Shown here piece by piece: positions 16,715 through 28,110 of a stretch of DNA of 32,000 nucleotides. Numbering within the stretch: position 1 is the first letter of the stretch; each line of letters opens with the position of its first letter. A model generated the notes under the pieces. It ran no database searches. It was given only the letters and a program-made list of their open reading frames with translations, and was not told where the DNA came from. Both the position numbers and the translations under genes were made by a program. The stretch spans positions 1,950,001 to 1,982,000 of the forward strand of contig OY780959.1 of the NCBI GenBank assembly GCA_963675915.1, read 5' to 3'. The DNA is from Coprobacillaceae bacterium. GTDB taxonomy: Bacteria; Bacillota_I; Bacilli_A; Erysipelotrichales; Coprobacillaceae.

Positions 16715-16758
16715 CTCGAAATCCTCCTAATAAGAGTAGTATATCACTAAAATTATAA

Positions 16759-16782
16759 TAAAAAAAGGGAAAGTTATTTCCC
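16759..16782 (-). terminator. Rho-independent terminator after the Cof-type HAD gene
   Basis: Minus-strand RNA is GGGAAA-UAAC-UUUCCC followed by U7 (hairpin 16767-16782; A-run at 16760-16766 on the + strand). Confidence 0.75.
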
Positions 16783-16790
16783 TGTATTTA

Positions 16791-17606
16791 TTAAAAAGCG
16801 TTGTTTAGTTCGAGATGTTCCAAGATATGGGCGATACCATCTTCATCATTGCTCAATGTTATTGTATTGGCTTTTTGCTTTACCTCATCACAGGCATTTT
16901 CCATCGCCACACCCAATCCGGCGAATTCAATCATCGACAAGTCGTTGTAACCATCACCAAATGCGATAACTTCTTCTTGCTTGATATTCAAATCTTCAAT
17001 AAGACTGTTCAGTGAGCGGGCTTTATCTATCCCTTGGGCCATAACTTCAATAAAGAACGGCGCCGAACGATAAATTGAAAGCTCGCCTTCAAACGGTTCC
17101 TTGAATTCTTCGACGATCGAAGCTAGATAATCTCCATCACCAGTCAAAAGTAATTTATCCACATTTTCTGAAAGGACATCTTTCAAGTTTGGAACTTTAA
17201 CCAGTTCCATGTTATTGATTCTTCCTTCTTCAACCGTATATTCATCTTTTGGTGTTTGGGTTAAAATAACCTCATCAGTATAACAGATAGAACATAAATC
17301 ATATTCCTTAGCCCGGTCCAAGATTTTATAACCTATATTCTTATCATATGTCTTTTGATAAACAATTTCTTTAGTATTCCAATTGATAATTTTCGCTCCA
17401 TTGAACGAAAGAACGTAACCGCCCTTTTCCAGTTCAAGAGTGTTAGCTACATATCGCATCCCCGGAGTTGGTCGACCGGATGCCAATGTAATAATCACCC
17501 CTTTTTGCGCCAACCTTTTCAGAATAGCTGCAGTTTTGGGCAAAACTAATTTATTAGAATCTGTAAGGGTACCATCTAAATCCAAAGCAATAAGTTTATA
17601 TTTCAT
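16791..17606 (-). CDS. Cof-type HAD-IIB family hydrolase
   Basis: ORF track, 271 aa. Motif I is IALDLDGTL and motif IV is GDGYNDLSM. It is a paralogue-type match to 2386..3165. Confidence 0.8.
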   Translation of the reverse strand: MKYKLIALDLDGTLTDSNKLVLPKTAAILKRLAQKGVIITLASGRPTPGMRYVANTLELEKGGYVLSFNGAKIINWNTKEIVYQKTYDKNIGYKILDRAKEYDLCSICYTDEVILTQTPKDEYTVEEGRINNMELVKVPNLKDVLSENVDKLLLTGDGDYLASIVEEFKEPFEGELSIYRSAPFFIEVMAQGIDKARSLNSLIEDLNIKQEEVIAFGDGYNDLSMIEFAGLGVAMENACDEVKQKANTITLSNDEDGIAHILEHLELNNAF

Positions 17607-17631
17607 TGAAATGCTCCTTTTCTTCTTCTAA

Positions 17632-17660
17632 ATAGTACCTAATGTTGCTTACCTTGTCAA
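17632..17660 (-). promoter_or_regulatory. Sigma-A-type promoter for the HAD gene
   Basis: Minus strand: TTGACA (17660-17655), 17-nt spacer, TACTAT (17637-17632). Confidence 0.55.
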
Positions 17661-17814
17661 TAAAAGACACTAATATATTATCATGTTTTTTGGCAATTTT
17701 GGTGCCAAATATGTACCTATTTTGTCTCAGACACCAAAAAAGTTTACTATTTCACACCCTCGTAACAATTTTTTATGATTAATATAAATTTTTTTCAATA
17801 TTCCATTAAAACAA

Positions 17815-17843
17815 TTGCATTTGTATTTTCAATTAGTTATACT
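17815..17843 (+). promoter_or_regulatory. Sigma-A-type promoter for asnB
   Basis: TTGCAT (17815-17820), 17-nt spacer, TATACT (17838-17843), about 30 nt before the start codon. Confidence 0.55.
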
Positions 17844-17874
17844 GTATACAATATAAATTGAAAGGGTGATAAAT

Positions 17875-19461
17875 ATGTGTGGGATTCTAGTTGTTCAAAC
17901 AAAAGACGTTGACAAACAAAGACTCCAAAAAGCCTTAGATGCTGCTAGCTATCGTGGGCCTGATGATCAAGAATTAGTTATTAAAGAAGGTATCGCCTAT
18001 GGTTTCAATCGTCTATCGATTATGGACTTGAGCGATCATGGGAATCAACCGTTCGAGTACAATAATTGTACCATGGTGTGTAATGGGGAAATTTATAATT
18101 ACCCTGCTTTAAAAAATAATCTTGAAAGTAGTTATCACTTTAATTCAGGAAGTGATTGTGAAGTCATTATTCCTGGTTATTTGAAGTATGGAATGGAAAT
18201 TCTAGTGAAATCTTTGGACGGGGAATTTGCCCTGGTCATCAAAGATGATAACAATAATAAACTGCTTGCAGCACGTGATCCAATGGGAATTCGTGCGATG
18301 TTTTATGGATACGAACGTGAAACCAAAGAAATTTGTTTCGCTTCCGAAGCCAAAGCCTTGATGGAATATTGTGATGATATCCAACCATTCCCTCCAGGTC
18401 ATTATTATGAAGATGGTGAATTTCATCTGTATCATGATTTGAGTACAGTCGATTGTTTCCATCAAGATGATTTGGAAACTATTGCTAAAAACCTGAGAGA
18501 AAAACTTGAAACTGGCGTTGAAAAACGGTTGCAGTCAGATGCACCAATCGGTTACTTGCTTTCTGGTGGGTTAGACTCATCACTTGTATGTGCAATCGGG
18601 CAAAAACTTGCCAAAAAACCAATCCGTACTTTTGCAATCGGAATGGAAACTGATCCAATCGATTTGAAATACGCAAAACAAGTTGCTGATTACCTGGGGA
18701 CCGACCATACTGAAGTCATCATGACTAAAGGTGATATTCTCGATAACCTTCGCGAAGTAATCAAAAACCTGGAAACATATGATATTACAACTATCCGTGC
18801 AAGTATGGCGATGTTCCTGCTGTGCCGTTATATCCGTCAAAACACTGATATCAAAGTTATCCTTACTGGAGAAGTCAGTGACGAAATCTTCGGATACAAA
18901 TATACTGACTACGCACCAAATCCAGCAGCTTTCCAACAAGAAGCTGCCAAGAGAATCAAAGAACTTTATATGTATGATGTCCTTAGAGCCGATAGATGTA
19001 TCTCATCAAACTCATTAGAAGGTCGCGTTCCTTTTGGTGACAAATTTTTCGTTGAATATGCAATGAGCATCGATCCAGCTAAAAAAATGAACATCTACAA
19101 CAAAGGTAAATATTTGCTTCGTCATGCTTTCGAAGATACTGATTATCTTCCAAACGAAATCTTATTTAGAGAAAAAGCAGCCTTCTCAGATGCAGTTGGT
19201 CACTCAATGGTTGACTACTTGAAAGAATACGCTGCTGGAATCTACAGTGATGAGGATGTGGCTAACGCTAAAGACAAATATCCTACTCACACTCCATTCA
19301 CTAAAGAATCACTTCTTTACCGTGATATCTTTGAATCTTTCTATCCTGGATATGATTCATGGGTTAAAGATTTCTGGATGCCAAACAAAGAATGGGAAAA
19401 CTGTGATGTTGATGATCCTAGCGCCCGCGTTCTTAAAAACTACGGAGCTTCAGGAGAATAA
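17875..19461 (+). CDS. asnB: Asparagine synthase (glutamine-hydrolysing)
   Basis: The ORF track starts at GTG 17866. The true start must be ATG 17875, so that the mature N-terminus is Cys (MCGILVV), as Ntn amidotransferases require. PP-loop is LSGGLDSS. 528 aa. Confidence 0.9.
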   Translation: MCGILVVQTKDVDKQRLQKALDAASYRGPDDQELVIKEGIAYGFNRLSIMDLSDHGNQPFEYNNCTMVCNGEIYNYPALKNNLESSYHFNSGSDCEVIIPGYLKYGMEILVKSLDGEFALVIKDDNNNKLLAARDPMGIRAMFYGYERETKEICFASEAKALMEYCDDIQPFPPGHYYEDGEFHLYHDLSTVDCFHQDDLETIAKNLREKLETGVEKRLQSDAPIGYLLSGGLDSSLVCAIGQKLAKKPIRTFAIGMETDPIDLKYAKQVADYLGTDHTEVIMTKGDILDNLREVIKNLETYDITTIRASMAMFLLCRYIRQNTDIKVILTGEVSDEIFGYKYTDYAPNPAAFQQEAAKRIKELYMYDVLRADRCISSNSLEGRVPFGDKFFVEYAMSIDPAKKMNIYNKGKYLLRHAFEDTDYLPNEILFREKAAFSDAVGHSMVDYLKEYAAGIYSDEDVANAKDKYPTHTPFTKESLLYRDIFESFYPGYDSWVKDFWMPNKEWENCDVDDPSARVLKNYGASGE

Positions 19462-19464
19462 ATT

Positions 19465-19491
19465 AAAAAAGACTGCTGTGCAGTCTTTTTT
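19465..19491 (+). terminator. Rho-independent terminator after asnB
   Basis: A6, then gactgc-tgt-gcagtc, then T6. It starts 4 nt after the stop codon. Confidence 0.8.
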
Positions 19492-19511
19492 GCTTTTTGT
19501 ATTATAATTCA

Positions 19512-19540
19512 AACCCCCGAAGATTTGTTCCTCGGGGGTT
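19512..19540 (-). terminator. Probable terminator after the 19565..20389 gene
   Basis: Minus-strand RNA is AACCCCCGA-(11-nt loop)-UCGGGGGUU followed by a weak U-tract (UUGAAUU). Confidence 0.45.
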
Positions 19541-19564
19541 GCTGCGATATTATTTAATCAAAAA

Positions 19565-20389
19565 TCATCCCTGATCCGGATCATCGTTATCCTGGTCGAG
19601 AATCCCGGGATTTTCAATTACAGTGATATCTCGATACTCCTGAATTGTATTTCCTTCATCATTGGTAACCTTGTAGATTACCGAATAAATTCCGATTTCT
19701 TCAATATTTACATCATTTTTCAAAATAATGATTTGATCAGTGATATCATTTCCCTTTCCATCGGTAGCGATAACACCATCCAGTGGATCAAAATCAGTAC
19801 CCAAATAGATTTCAATATCTTCGATACCGGTAAGGGTTGGGATATCATTGTTATAGCGGACAACTATCTTGATTCGTAACTTGGCTGATTCGTTTTGCGA
19901 ATCATCAATTACAATCAGACTTTCAATATATGAACCAATCTCCATGAATGTCTTGGTTTCACTGGTCGAACCGTCTTCAAGGACAAAATAAGCCTTGAAA
20001 TTGGAATTGTCAGTAACTTCTACTAGATCCGCAGCGACCAGAGTATCTCCCGGTTCGATGTTAACCTGGACTTGCTTCAAAGTGGCAACCGGATGGGTCG
20101 TATCGACAATCTTGATTGTGAATTCGTAGGTTCTCCCCAAATACGTCAATGATGCTGGATACGAGCCAATACTTGTTTTGACATTTGAAAAATCAAGTTC
20201 CGACATTTCCAATACTTCATTGGACCCGTTTGCATAAATCACGACATCAGTTGGAATTTCATCCCCATATTCAAAAACAAAAGTTTCCTTCCTAATTGTA
20301 ATTGGATCCACATTAACCGCCAAAGCAATTAGAAAAGATGAACTAATGACAAAAAACGCAAGCACTGATGCTATTATTTTATTCCGCAT
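19565..20389 (-). CDS. Secreted protein with a bacterial Ig-like (DUF5011-like) domain
   Basis: ORF track, 274 aa. Signal peptide is MRNKIIASVLAFFVISSSFLIALA. The C-terminal segment GTDFDPLDGVIATDGKGNDITDQIII...GIYSVIYKVTNDEGN is typical of DUF5011/Ig-like surface modules. GAGGAGG RBS. Confidence 0.5.
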   Translation of the reverse strand: MRNKIIASVLAFFVISSSFLIALAVNVDPITIRKETFVFEYGDEIPTDVVIYANGSNEVLEMSELDFSNVKTSIGSYPASLTYLGRTYEFTIKIVDTTHPVATLKQVQVNIEPGDTLVAADLVEVTDNSNFKAYFVLEDGSTSETKTFMEIGSYIESLIVIDDSQNESAKLRIKIVVRYNNDIPTLTGIEDIEIYLGTDFDPLDGVIATDGKGNDITDQIIILKNDVNIEEIGIYSVIYKVTNDEGNTIQEYRDITVIENPGILDQDNDDPDQG

Positions 20390-20424
20390 TATTCCACCTC
20401 CTCAGTCGCTTTATCATTTCTGGC

Positions 20425-20456
20425 AAAAAAGAAAAGTAATATTACTTTTCTTTTTT
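20425..20456. terminator. Symmetric rho-independent terminator after gltX
   Basis: A6, then the palindrome gaaaagtaatattacttttc, then T6. The gltX stop codon overlaps the T-run. Confidence 0.75.
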
Positions 20457-21888
20457 ATATCAAACGTTGTAAAACTTTATCTTTACCGATCAATACTATC
20501 GAACTAGCCAAATCCGGACCATGCATAAGTCCTGTAGTGGCAATTCTCAACGGCATATAAAGCATCTTACCTTTAACTTTTGCTGCTTTTTGCGTACCTT
20601 TGATAGCCGCTTGAACATTGTCACGGGTAAAATCTTCAATTGCTTCGAGTTGTTCTTTGAAGACCGCCAAAGTGTTAGGGATAGTTTCATCTTTCATAAA
20701 TTCTACGGCTTCTTCATCCAATTTCAATTCATCGTTAAAGAAAAGAGAAGTCAATTCTACAATTTCTTTTCCGTAAGAAAGTTGGTCATGATATACTCCG
20801 ACAAGCATATTGATCCAGTCTTCTGATTTTTCTGACAAGTCATAAGCTTCTTCCAGGAAAGGTCTGCATAAGGAAACTATATCTTCCAAAGATCTTTCCT
20901 TGATATAACGGTTATTGACCCAGATCAATTTTTCCTTATCAAACATAGATGGTGATTTTGATAAACGAGTTTCGTCAAATGCCGCAATTAATTCCTCTTT
21001 GGTGAATATTTCCTGTTCACCTTCAGGAGACCAACCTAACAATGCCATGAAATTGAACATTGCATCAGGCAGATAACCTTCCTCTTTGTACTGTGATACG
21101 AACTGCATGATTGTTTCATCACGTTTAGAAAGTTTCTTTCTGTTTTCGTTGACAATCAGGGTCATATGACCGTATCTTGGCGCTTCCCACCCCAACATTT
21201 CAAATATCATAGTTTGTTTTGGCGTGTTAGAAAGGTGTTCCTCACCTCTGAAGACGTGAGAAATTTCCATCGTATGATCATCAACTACCACCGCAAAATT
21301 ATAAGTCGGGATTCCATTGGCTTTTTGAATAACCCAATCTCCGATATCTTTTGATTCAAAAGATACCTCACCACGAATCATATCATTGAATGCATAAGTT
21401 TTCCCATCGGGAACTTTGACTCTGATAGTGTAAGGCAAACCTGCATCTTCTTTCGCCTTTACCTCTTCAGCAGTAAGGTTGCGGCATTTTCGATTGTACA
21501 TTGGTGCCACTCCGCTTGCCACTTGCTGTTCATGAACCTCATCAAGTTCTTCAGGCGTACAGAAACATTTATACGCATAACCCTTTTCCAATAGGAAATC
21601 GATATATTCCTTATATATATCCAATCTTTCCATCTGACGGTAAGGAGCATATTTTTCGACAGGTTTTAATGGAGACTCATCTGGTACAATTCCCAGCCAC
21701 TCAAGGTTCTTAAGTTGGCTCGCTTCTCCACCTTCAATATTTCTTGCAACATCGGTATCCTCAAGACGGAAAATGAAATCCCCATCATGATGTTTCGCAA
21801 ACAAATAATTAAATAACGCTGTTCTAGCTCCTCCAATATGTAAATGTCCGGTTGGACTTGGAGCATATCTGACTCTAACTCTATCCAT
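20455..21888 (-). CDS. gltX: Glutamate--tRNA ligase
   Basis: ORF track, 477 aa. HIGH motif is [11 protein letters not shown] and KMSKS motif is KLSKR. Confidence 0.95.
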   Translation of the reverse strand: MDRVRVRYAPSPTGHLHIGGARTALFNYLFAKHHDGDFIFRLEDTDVARNIEGGEASQLKNLEWLGIVPDESPLKPVEKYAPYRQMERLDIYKEYIDFLLEKGYAYKCFCTPEELDEVHEQQVASGVAPMYNRKCRNLTAEEVKAKEDAGLPYTIRVKVPDGKTYAFNDMIRGEVSFESKDIGDWVIQKANGIPTYNFAVVVDDHTMEISHVFRGEEHLSNTPKQTMIFEMLGWEAPRYGHMTLIVNENRKKLSKRDETIMQFVSQYKEEGYLPDAMFNFMALLGWSPEGEQEIFTKEELIAAFDETRLSKSPSMFDKEKLIWVNNRYIKERSLEDIVSLCRPFLEEAYDLSEKSEDWINMLVGVYHDQLSYGKEIVELTSLFFNDELKLDEEAVEFMKDETIPNTLAVFKEQLEAIEDFTRDNVQAAIKGTQKAAKVKGKMLYMPLRIATTGLMHGPDLASSIVLIGKDKVLQRLI

Positions 21889-21890
21889 TT

Positions 21891-22370
21891 TTAATCCTTT
21901 CTTTTTAAAAGCACAACAGCCTGAGCTGCCACCCCTTCTTCATTTCCGACAAACCCCATTTTTTCGCCGCGGGTTGCCTTGATATTTATCTTGTTGAGAT
22001 CACAATGCAGATGCGTTGCAACATTATGGCGCATCTGCTCGATATGCGGCGCCATTTTAGGTTTCTCAATCAGGACGATACTGTCCAGATTGCTGATCTC
22101 GTATCCTTTGCCATCCATCAATTGGTAACAGTGATCAAGAAGAATCAAGGATGATACTCCCTTGTACTTCAAATCGGTATCCGGAAAATGCTTCCCGATA
22201 TCACCAAGTGCCAATGCGCCGATAATACTTTCGATAATGGCGTGTAAAAGCACATCCGCATCACTATGGCCAAGTAGTCCGTATTCATGTTCAATTTTGA
22301 CTCCACCAATGATAAGATCACGCTCTTTGACAAGCTGGTGGATGTCGATTGATTGTCCGATTCGGTACAT
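21891..22370 (-). CDS. ispF: 2-C-methyl-D-erythritol 2,4-cyclodiphosphate synthase
   Basis: ORF track, 159 aa. It has the [12 protein letters not shown] motif. Its stop lies 2 nt before the gltX start. Confidence 0.95.
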   Translation of the reverse strand: MYRIGQSIDIHQLVKERDLIIGGVKIEHEYGLLGHSDADVLLHAIIESIIGALALGDIGKHFPDTDLKYKGVSSLILLDHCYQLMDGKGYEISNLDSIVLIEKPKMAPHIEQMRHNVATHLHCDLNKINIKATRGEKMGFVGNEEGVAAQAVVLLKRKD

Positions 22371-22438
22371 TCTTCTTTCTCCTGTTTCTTATTCTACCAT
22401 AAATTATCAGTTTGATTCAAATAATCTGATAGTTCAAA

Positions 22439-24150
<1,712 letters not shown>

Positions 24151-24327
24151 GAAAATATTTATTTTTCGTGAAGATAAATTATCTTACCGCAAGAAACAGC
24201 CACAGGCATCTTAATTTCGAGATATCCGATGAACATCAAATATTCACTCGGTATCATTTCTAGGGCATTTCAGTTTATACTCACAAAAAACAAATATCAG
24301 ATAATATCGATCATATCCCTCGATCGG

Positions 24328-25107
24328 TTATAAAATTTCTTCATTGAATTCATAGAATCCGCCGATGATAATTCCTTTGGAATTCTTGTGATGGCCGATT
24401 TCATCGGTATTAGCCACCGGTTTATCAGTCATATTCAATATTGTCTCAATCAACCATTCACGATCGTGACTGCGGTCGAGTTCAGTGAACCTGCCGATAA
24501 CTATGCCATCAGCCAACTCAAATGCCCCCAACTGTTTCAGTTGATTAAGCATAGTACGGACCTTATACTTGTCGCCACTGTTGGCTTCCAAAACAAGGAG
24601 CTTTTTTTTCAAGTTCGGGAAATATTCGGTTCCCGCCAGTTTCAAGAAGCACCGGAGATTCCCTCCGACTACAACCCCACTCATCACAGAACCTCTGACA
24701 AACTTCACCATTAGTTTGCTGTTGCCGCTAAGAACATCCTGCAAAATTTCCGGATAGTCAGTGCAGTAGCGAATCTGATAGTACCACGACGATTTACCGG
24801 TCTTGGCATAAATTCCATTCAGGATAGTAGTAACATCGCTATATCCGCAAAAAACAGTGCTTGAAGATGAAATCAGATCATAATCCAAATATTCAAGGAC
24901 ACCATTAGCCAAATCACCACCGCTGATATCAAATATGTATTTCTTATTTGAAGCGAAAAGTCGGTTAATTTCTTCAGCCTTAGATTTTTCGTTTTCACTT
25001 TCAAGCAGTTCACTGACAATCAAATCCCCGTCAAGAAGCAATCTGATCCGTTCAATCAACTCTTTATCCGCTCTTAGCGGATTCGAAGTCCCCACTATCG
25101 CATACAT
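24328..25107 (-). CDS. S66-family LD-carboxypeptidase-like (LdcA/MccF-like) protein
   Basis: ORF track, 259 aa. Nucleophile motif is CGYSDVTTIL. Later, LVLEANSGD and IGHHKNS fit the Ser-Glu-His arrangement. It is shorter than typical members at the N-terminus. Confidence 0.65.
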   Translation of the reverse strand: MYAIVGTSNPLRADKELIERIRLLLDGDLIVSELLESENEKSKAEEINRLFASNKKYIFDISGGDLANGVLEYLDYDLISSSSTVFCGYSDVTTILNGIYAKTGKSSWYYQIRYCTDYPEILQDVLSGNSKLMVKFVRGSVMSGVVVGGNLRCFLKLAGTEYFPNLKKKLLVLEANSGDKYKVRTMLNQLKQLGAFELADGIVIGRFTELDRSHDREWLIETILNMTDKPVANTDEIGHHKNSKGIIIGGFYEFNEEIL

Positions 25108-25134
25108 CCAGAAATCACCTCAATTTTATACTCT

Positions 25135-25163
25135 ATTATAATTAAACCATATTATCATTTCAA
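25135..25163 (-). promoter_or_regulatory. Sigma-A-type promoter for the LD-carboxypeptidase-like gene
   Basis: Minus strand: TTGAAA (25163-25158), 17-nt spacer, TATAAT (25140-25135). Confidence 0.6.
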
Positions 25164-25269
25164 ATTGAAGAGAGGAATCCATTTTTAGTCGATAAATTCA
25201 TATTTTCCGCTCTTTATCGCATATTATACGCAAAACCCAGACCTGAGTCCGACTTATCGAAAGCCAGCT

Positions 25270-25295
25270 AAAAACGCCTGTTGGAGGACAGGCGC
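25270..25295 (-). terminator. Rho-independent terminator after the VTC/DUF4956 pair
   Basis: Minus-strand RNA is CGCCUG-UCCUCCAA-CAGGCG followed by U5. Confidence 0.7.
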
Positions 25296-25308
25296 TTTTG
25301 TATGATAT

Positions 25309-26004
25309 TTATAGCTCCGTTTGCGCCAATTTGGCGATTGAACTGGAGATTTCCAGATTACCATTACGGCACCTGATTTCATCTATAAATTCTTTTTCAT
25401 TAACTTCAGGCTTGATTTCAACTTGATATTTGAGTTTGAACATGCTGCCCATGTTAGTTGTCTTTACTTCCAATAATTTGTAATCATTGGAATATTTGAC
25501 AAAAAGATCATCGAAAATATTGGGATAGTCAAGATCCTCCGGAACCGTAATCCGTAACTCTTTGGTTGAATCCGGTCTTTTATATTCCCCAAACGGAATT
25601 GAAACCAGAAAGAAATTGAAGATTCCCATAATCAACGTGAATATCAAGGCGATGGTTATATATCCCATTCCGGTTGCCAACCCAGTTGCCATTGTAAAAA
25701 AGATGGCATTGATTTCCCGAGCCGTACCGGGCTGCGATCTGAAGCGGACCAGCGAAAACGCTCCGGCTACCGCCACTCCTGTTCCGATATTCCCATTGAC
25801 CATCATAATGACCAAGGCGACAATTGCCGGCAGCATTGCCAAGGTGATCACAAATCCCTTGTGATACGTATTTCGATATTGATAGATAAATGCAATCAAT
25901 ATCCCGATTAGAATTGATGCAATAATGCAGATGACAAACGATTCCAGGGTTATCTCGCTACTTCCTGAGTTGGTAGTTAGTTGTTCGATTATTGAATTAA
26001 GCAT
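25309..26004 (-). CDS. DUF4956-like polytopic membrane protein
   Basis: ORF track, 231 aa. It has about 4-5 TM helices and then a soluble C-terminal domain. An 8-nt overlap with the upstream VTC gene suggests coupling. The family call is from memory of the common VTC+DUF4956 pairing. Confidence 0.55.
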   Translation of the reverse strand: MLNSIIEQLTTNSGSSEITLESFVICIIASILIGILIAFIYQYRNTYHKGFVITLAMLPAIVALVIMMVNGNIGTGVAVAGAFSLVRFRSQPGTAREINAIFFTMATGLATGMGYITIALIFTLIMGIFNFFLVSIPFGEYKRPDSTKELRITVPEDLDYPNIFDDLFVKYSNDYKLLEVKTTNMGSMFKLKYQVEIKPEVNEKEFIDEIRCRNGNLEISSSIAKLAQTEL

Positions 26005-26752
26005 ATGATAATTCTCCTTCTTTTATTTTTTTCAAATCAAGTTTTAGATTCGGACGCTGCTCTTTGGCGATCTGCTTGTAGGCATTACCGTACTTCGAGA
26101 AACTGGCCTTATAGATTTTCAGTTGTGAAAGGGCCTCCGCCAGCCATAACGGCATAGCACCCATAATCTTGATTTCCATTAAAACCTCATTGTCATTCAA
26201 TAAATCAGTACCAATGTTGCCTTCGCTCAGGTTAAGGCTATCTAGGCGGTAGCGGATCTTCTGATCGAATGTGACCCGAAAATCGGCATCTTTTTTGTCG
26301 TAGTAGGCAAGTCGTTCATAGCCAATAAACATATTCGGTTTCAAGTCCTGGTAAAAATCGAGAAAATATCCAATTTCCCGGCCAATCTGGCTGGAATCGG
26401 TATTATCGGACTCCTTTAGATATTCCAAAGTTTCTCCATATTTTTTTTCAATCCTTCTTTTGTAAACAACTCCATCATATTTTTTCTTGAGTTCAATAAA
26501 CACCTTGTCATTATTCTCGACCCGACCATAAGAACGAACTCTCAATTTCTCCTTGTATACCGGCTTTTCAATCGAACTTCTAATAATCCGATAATCGTCG
26601 GTGTCATAGTATAAATTGAATATTTCGCTTAAACCATAACTGTCGGCCACAACCGTTTCTGGAAACAACTTCAATAGTTGCTCTTGCTGTTCTTTGGTTA
26701 TTTTGTATTTATATTCCAGTCTTTCAAATTTATTTCCTGCCATTTCTATCAC
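25997..26752 (-). CDS. VTC-domain (polyphosphate polymerase-like, triphosphate-tunnel fold) protein
   Basis: ORF track, 251 aa. The N-terminal FERLEYKYKI and the recurring basic beta-strand motifs (LRVRSY, IELKKK, VYKRRIEKK, RVTFD, LMEIK) are typical of CYTH/VTC tunnel proteins. Confidence 0.65.
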   Translation of the reverse strand: MIEMAGNKFERLEYKYKITKEQQEQLLKLFPETVVADSYGLSEIFNLYYDTDDYRIIRSSIEKPVYKEKLRVRSYGRVENNDKVFIELKKKYDGVVYKRRIEKKYGETLEYLKESDNTDSSQIGREIGYFLDFYQDLKPNMFIGYERLAYYDKKDADFRVTFDQKIRYRLDSLNLSEGNIGTDLLNDNEVLMEIKIMGAMPLWLAEALSQLKIYKASFSKYGNAYKQIAKEQRPNLKLDLKKIKEGELSYA

Positions 26753-26825
26753 TCCATTTCATAAATAGAATATCAGTCAAACTTAAAATGTACTTTAAAC
26801 GCTGTTCACATCTGGAAATTTTCCA

Positions 26826-26854
26826 AAATAAAAACGACGGAAGTTTTCCATCGT
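26826..26854 (-). terminator. Rho-independent terminator after the histidine kinase gene
   Basis: Minus-strand RNA is ACGAUGGAA-AAC-UUCCGUCGU (one G-U) followed by UUUUUAUUU. It begins 5 nt after the stop. Confidence 0.65.
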
Positions 26855-26859
26855 TGCTA

Positions 26860-28110
26860 TCATAATTCTATTTTCAGCACAAAACTGTGGCCATCGCGGC
26901 TATATGCTTTTATTTTTCCCCGATGCTTTGCAACTATTGATTTGGCAATCGCCAGTCCGATTCCATAGCCGCCAATTGCCGAGTTTCGTGATTTATCCAA
27001 ACGCGAAAAGCGATCGAAAAGTTCCGGATACTCGCCAATTTCAATCTGTCTGACTGAATTTTTGATGATAATTTGATTTTTGCGGGATTTTGACAAGCTT
27101 ACTTCAATCTCACCTTCATCTTCAGTATATTTAAAGGCATTGTCTAGACCGATGGTTAGCAGTTGCTTGATCAAGGCCCGGTCACCTTTATACTGTACTG
27201 GCGTATTCACGAATTTCAATGTCTTGTTTTGAACCAGTGCCAAGTCCTGATACTCGTCGATTACTTCATCTAGAAGTTGATCGAGTGAAAAATACTCCAT
27301 TTTGACATTCTCTATTTCTTCGTCAAGTCGTGATAGTTTGACCAGCGAATTGGTCAACTCGGTAAGTTTGGCAATTTGTTTGTTAATTGCTTTGGACCAA
27401 CTGTTTTCGCCATAATCCATTTCAATCATTTCATTGTTTGCTGAAATAACTGTCAGTGGCGTCTTGAGTTCATGCGATGCGTCGGTAATAAACTGTTTCT
27501 GTTTTAGAATCGACTGAGCAACCGGTTTGATTGCAATTTTCGAGAGCGACCATGATACGAACGTGAATAAAACCAGCCCAATCAATCCAAGCATAACACT
27601 ATTTGATACAAAATCACGGAACGTTTGCATCTCGAGATATATGTCGAGGAAGATTACAACTTTGGTGTCTCCATCTTCAAATACGATATAACGATAATTG
27701 TCATAACTTCCCGAATCCTCATTAACAACTTGCTGACCCAGGGTTGCGGCAATGCTTTCATCGATTGCAAAAATATGGTCGATATTCACACTATCGACTT
27801 CGCCGTCTTTAAGGACAACGATAAAGTAACGCGCTCCGGCAATACCTTCAGGACCCCGGCTCTCAAGGGGAGCGAGCTCTTCATCTATCTTCGGTTGATG
27901 AACAAAATCTCCCTCGGGAAAATCTCGGACCATCGATTCAAAACCAGTCTGTGAATAATATTCGTACAAGGATTCGATGGTGTTGTTCGATGTATTGACT
28001 ACATTGTAGTAATTGCTTCCCAATAAAATCCCAATAATCGCCACGAAGACAAAAGAGACCGAGAGAACCGCCAGGGTGATAAATCTTTTCTGTAGTTTTT
28101 TAACCATCAT
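26860..28110 (-). CDS. Sensor histidine kinase (two TM helices flanking an extracytoplasmic domain of about 130 aa)
   Basis: ORF track, 416 aa. H-box is DASHELKTPLT and G-box is GGYGIGLAIAKSIV. It overlaps the response-regulator gene by 11 nt. Confidence 0.85.
   Translation of the reverse strand: MMVKKLQKRFITLAVLSVSFVFVAIIGILLGSNYYNVVNTSNNTIESLYEYYSQTGFESMVRDFPEGDFVHQPKIDEELAPLESRGPEGIAGARYFIVVLKDGEVDSVNIDHIFAIDESIAATLGQQVVNEDSGSYDNYRYIVFEDGDTKVVIFLDIYLEMQTFRDFVSNSVMLGLIGLVLFTFVSWSLSKIAIKPVAQSILKQKQFITDASHELKTPLTVISANNEMIEMDYGENSWSKAINKQIAKLTELTNSLVKLSRLDEEIENVKMEYFSLDQLLDEVIDEYQDLALVQNKTLKFVNTPVQYKGDRALIKQLLTIGLDNAFKYTEDEGEIEVSLSKSRKNQIIIKNSVRQIEIGEYPELFDRFSRLDKSRNSAIGGYGIGLAIAKSIVAKHRGKIKAYSRDGHSFVLKIEL

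Noticed and set aside
17692-17706. A sigma-54 type -24/-12 promoter (TGGCA-N6-GTGC).
   Set aside because: The -12 element is imperfect, and the sequence is part of a perfect palindrome, so orientation is ambiguous. No rpoN or enhancer-binding protein is visible in the window. It is kept only as a remark under the inverted-repeat finding.
24160-24327. Small hairpins (AAGAT-AAATT-ATCTT at about 24172-24186; CGATC...GATCG at about 24307-24325) as a terminator for the LD-carboxypeptidase-like gene, or as a small RNA.
   Set aside because: The stems are only 5 bp and have no adjacent U-tract. There is no promoter-like element, so support is insufficient.
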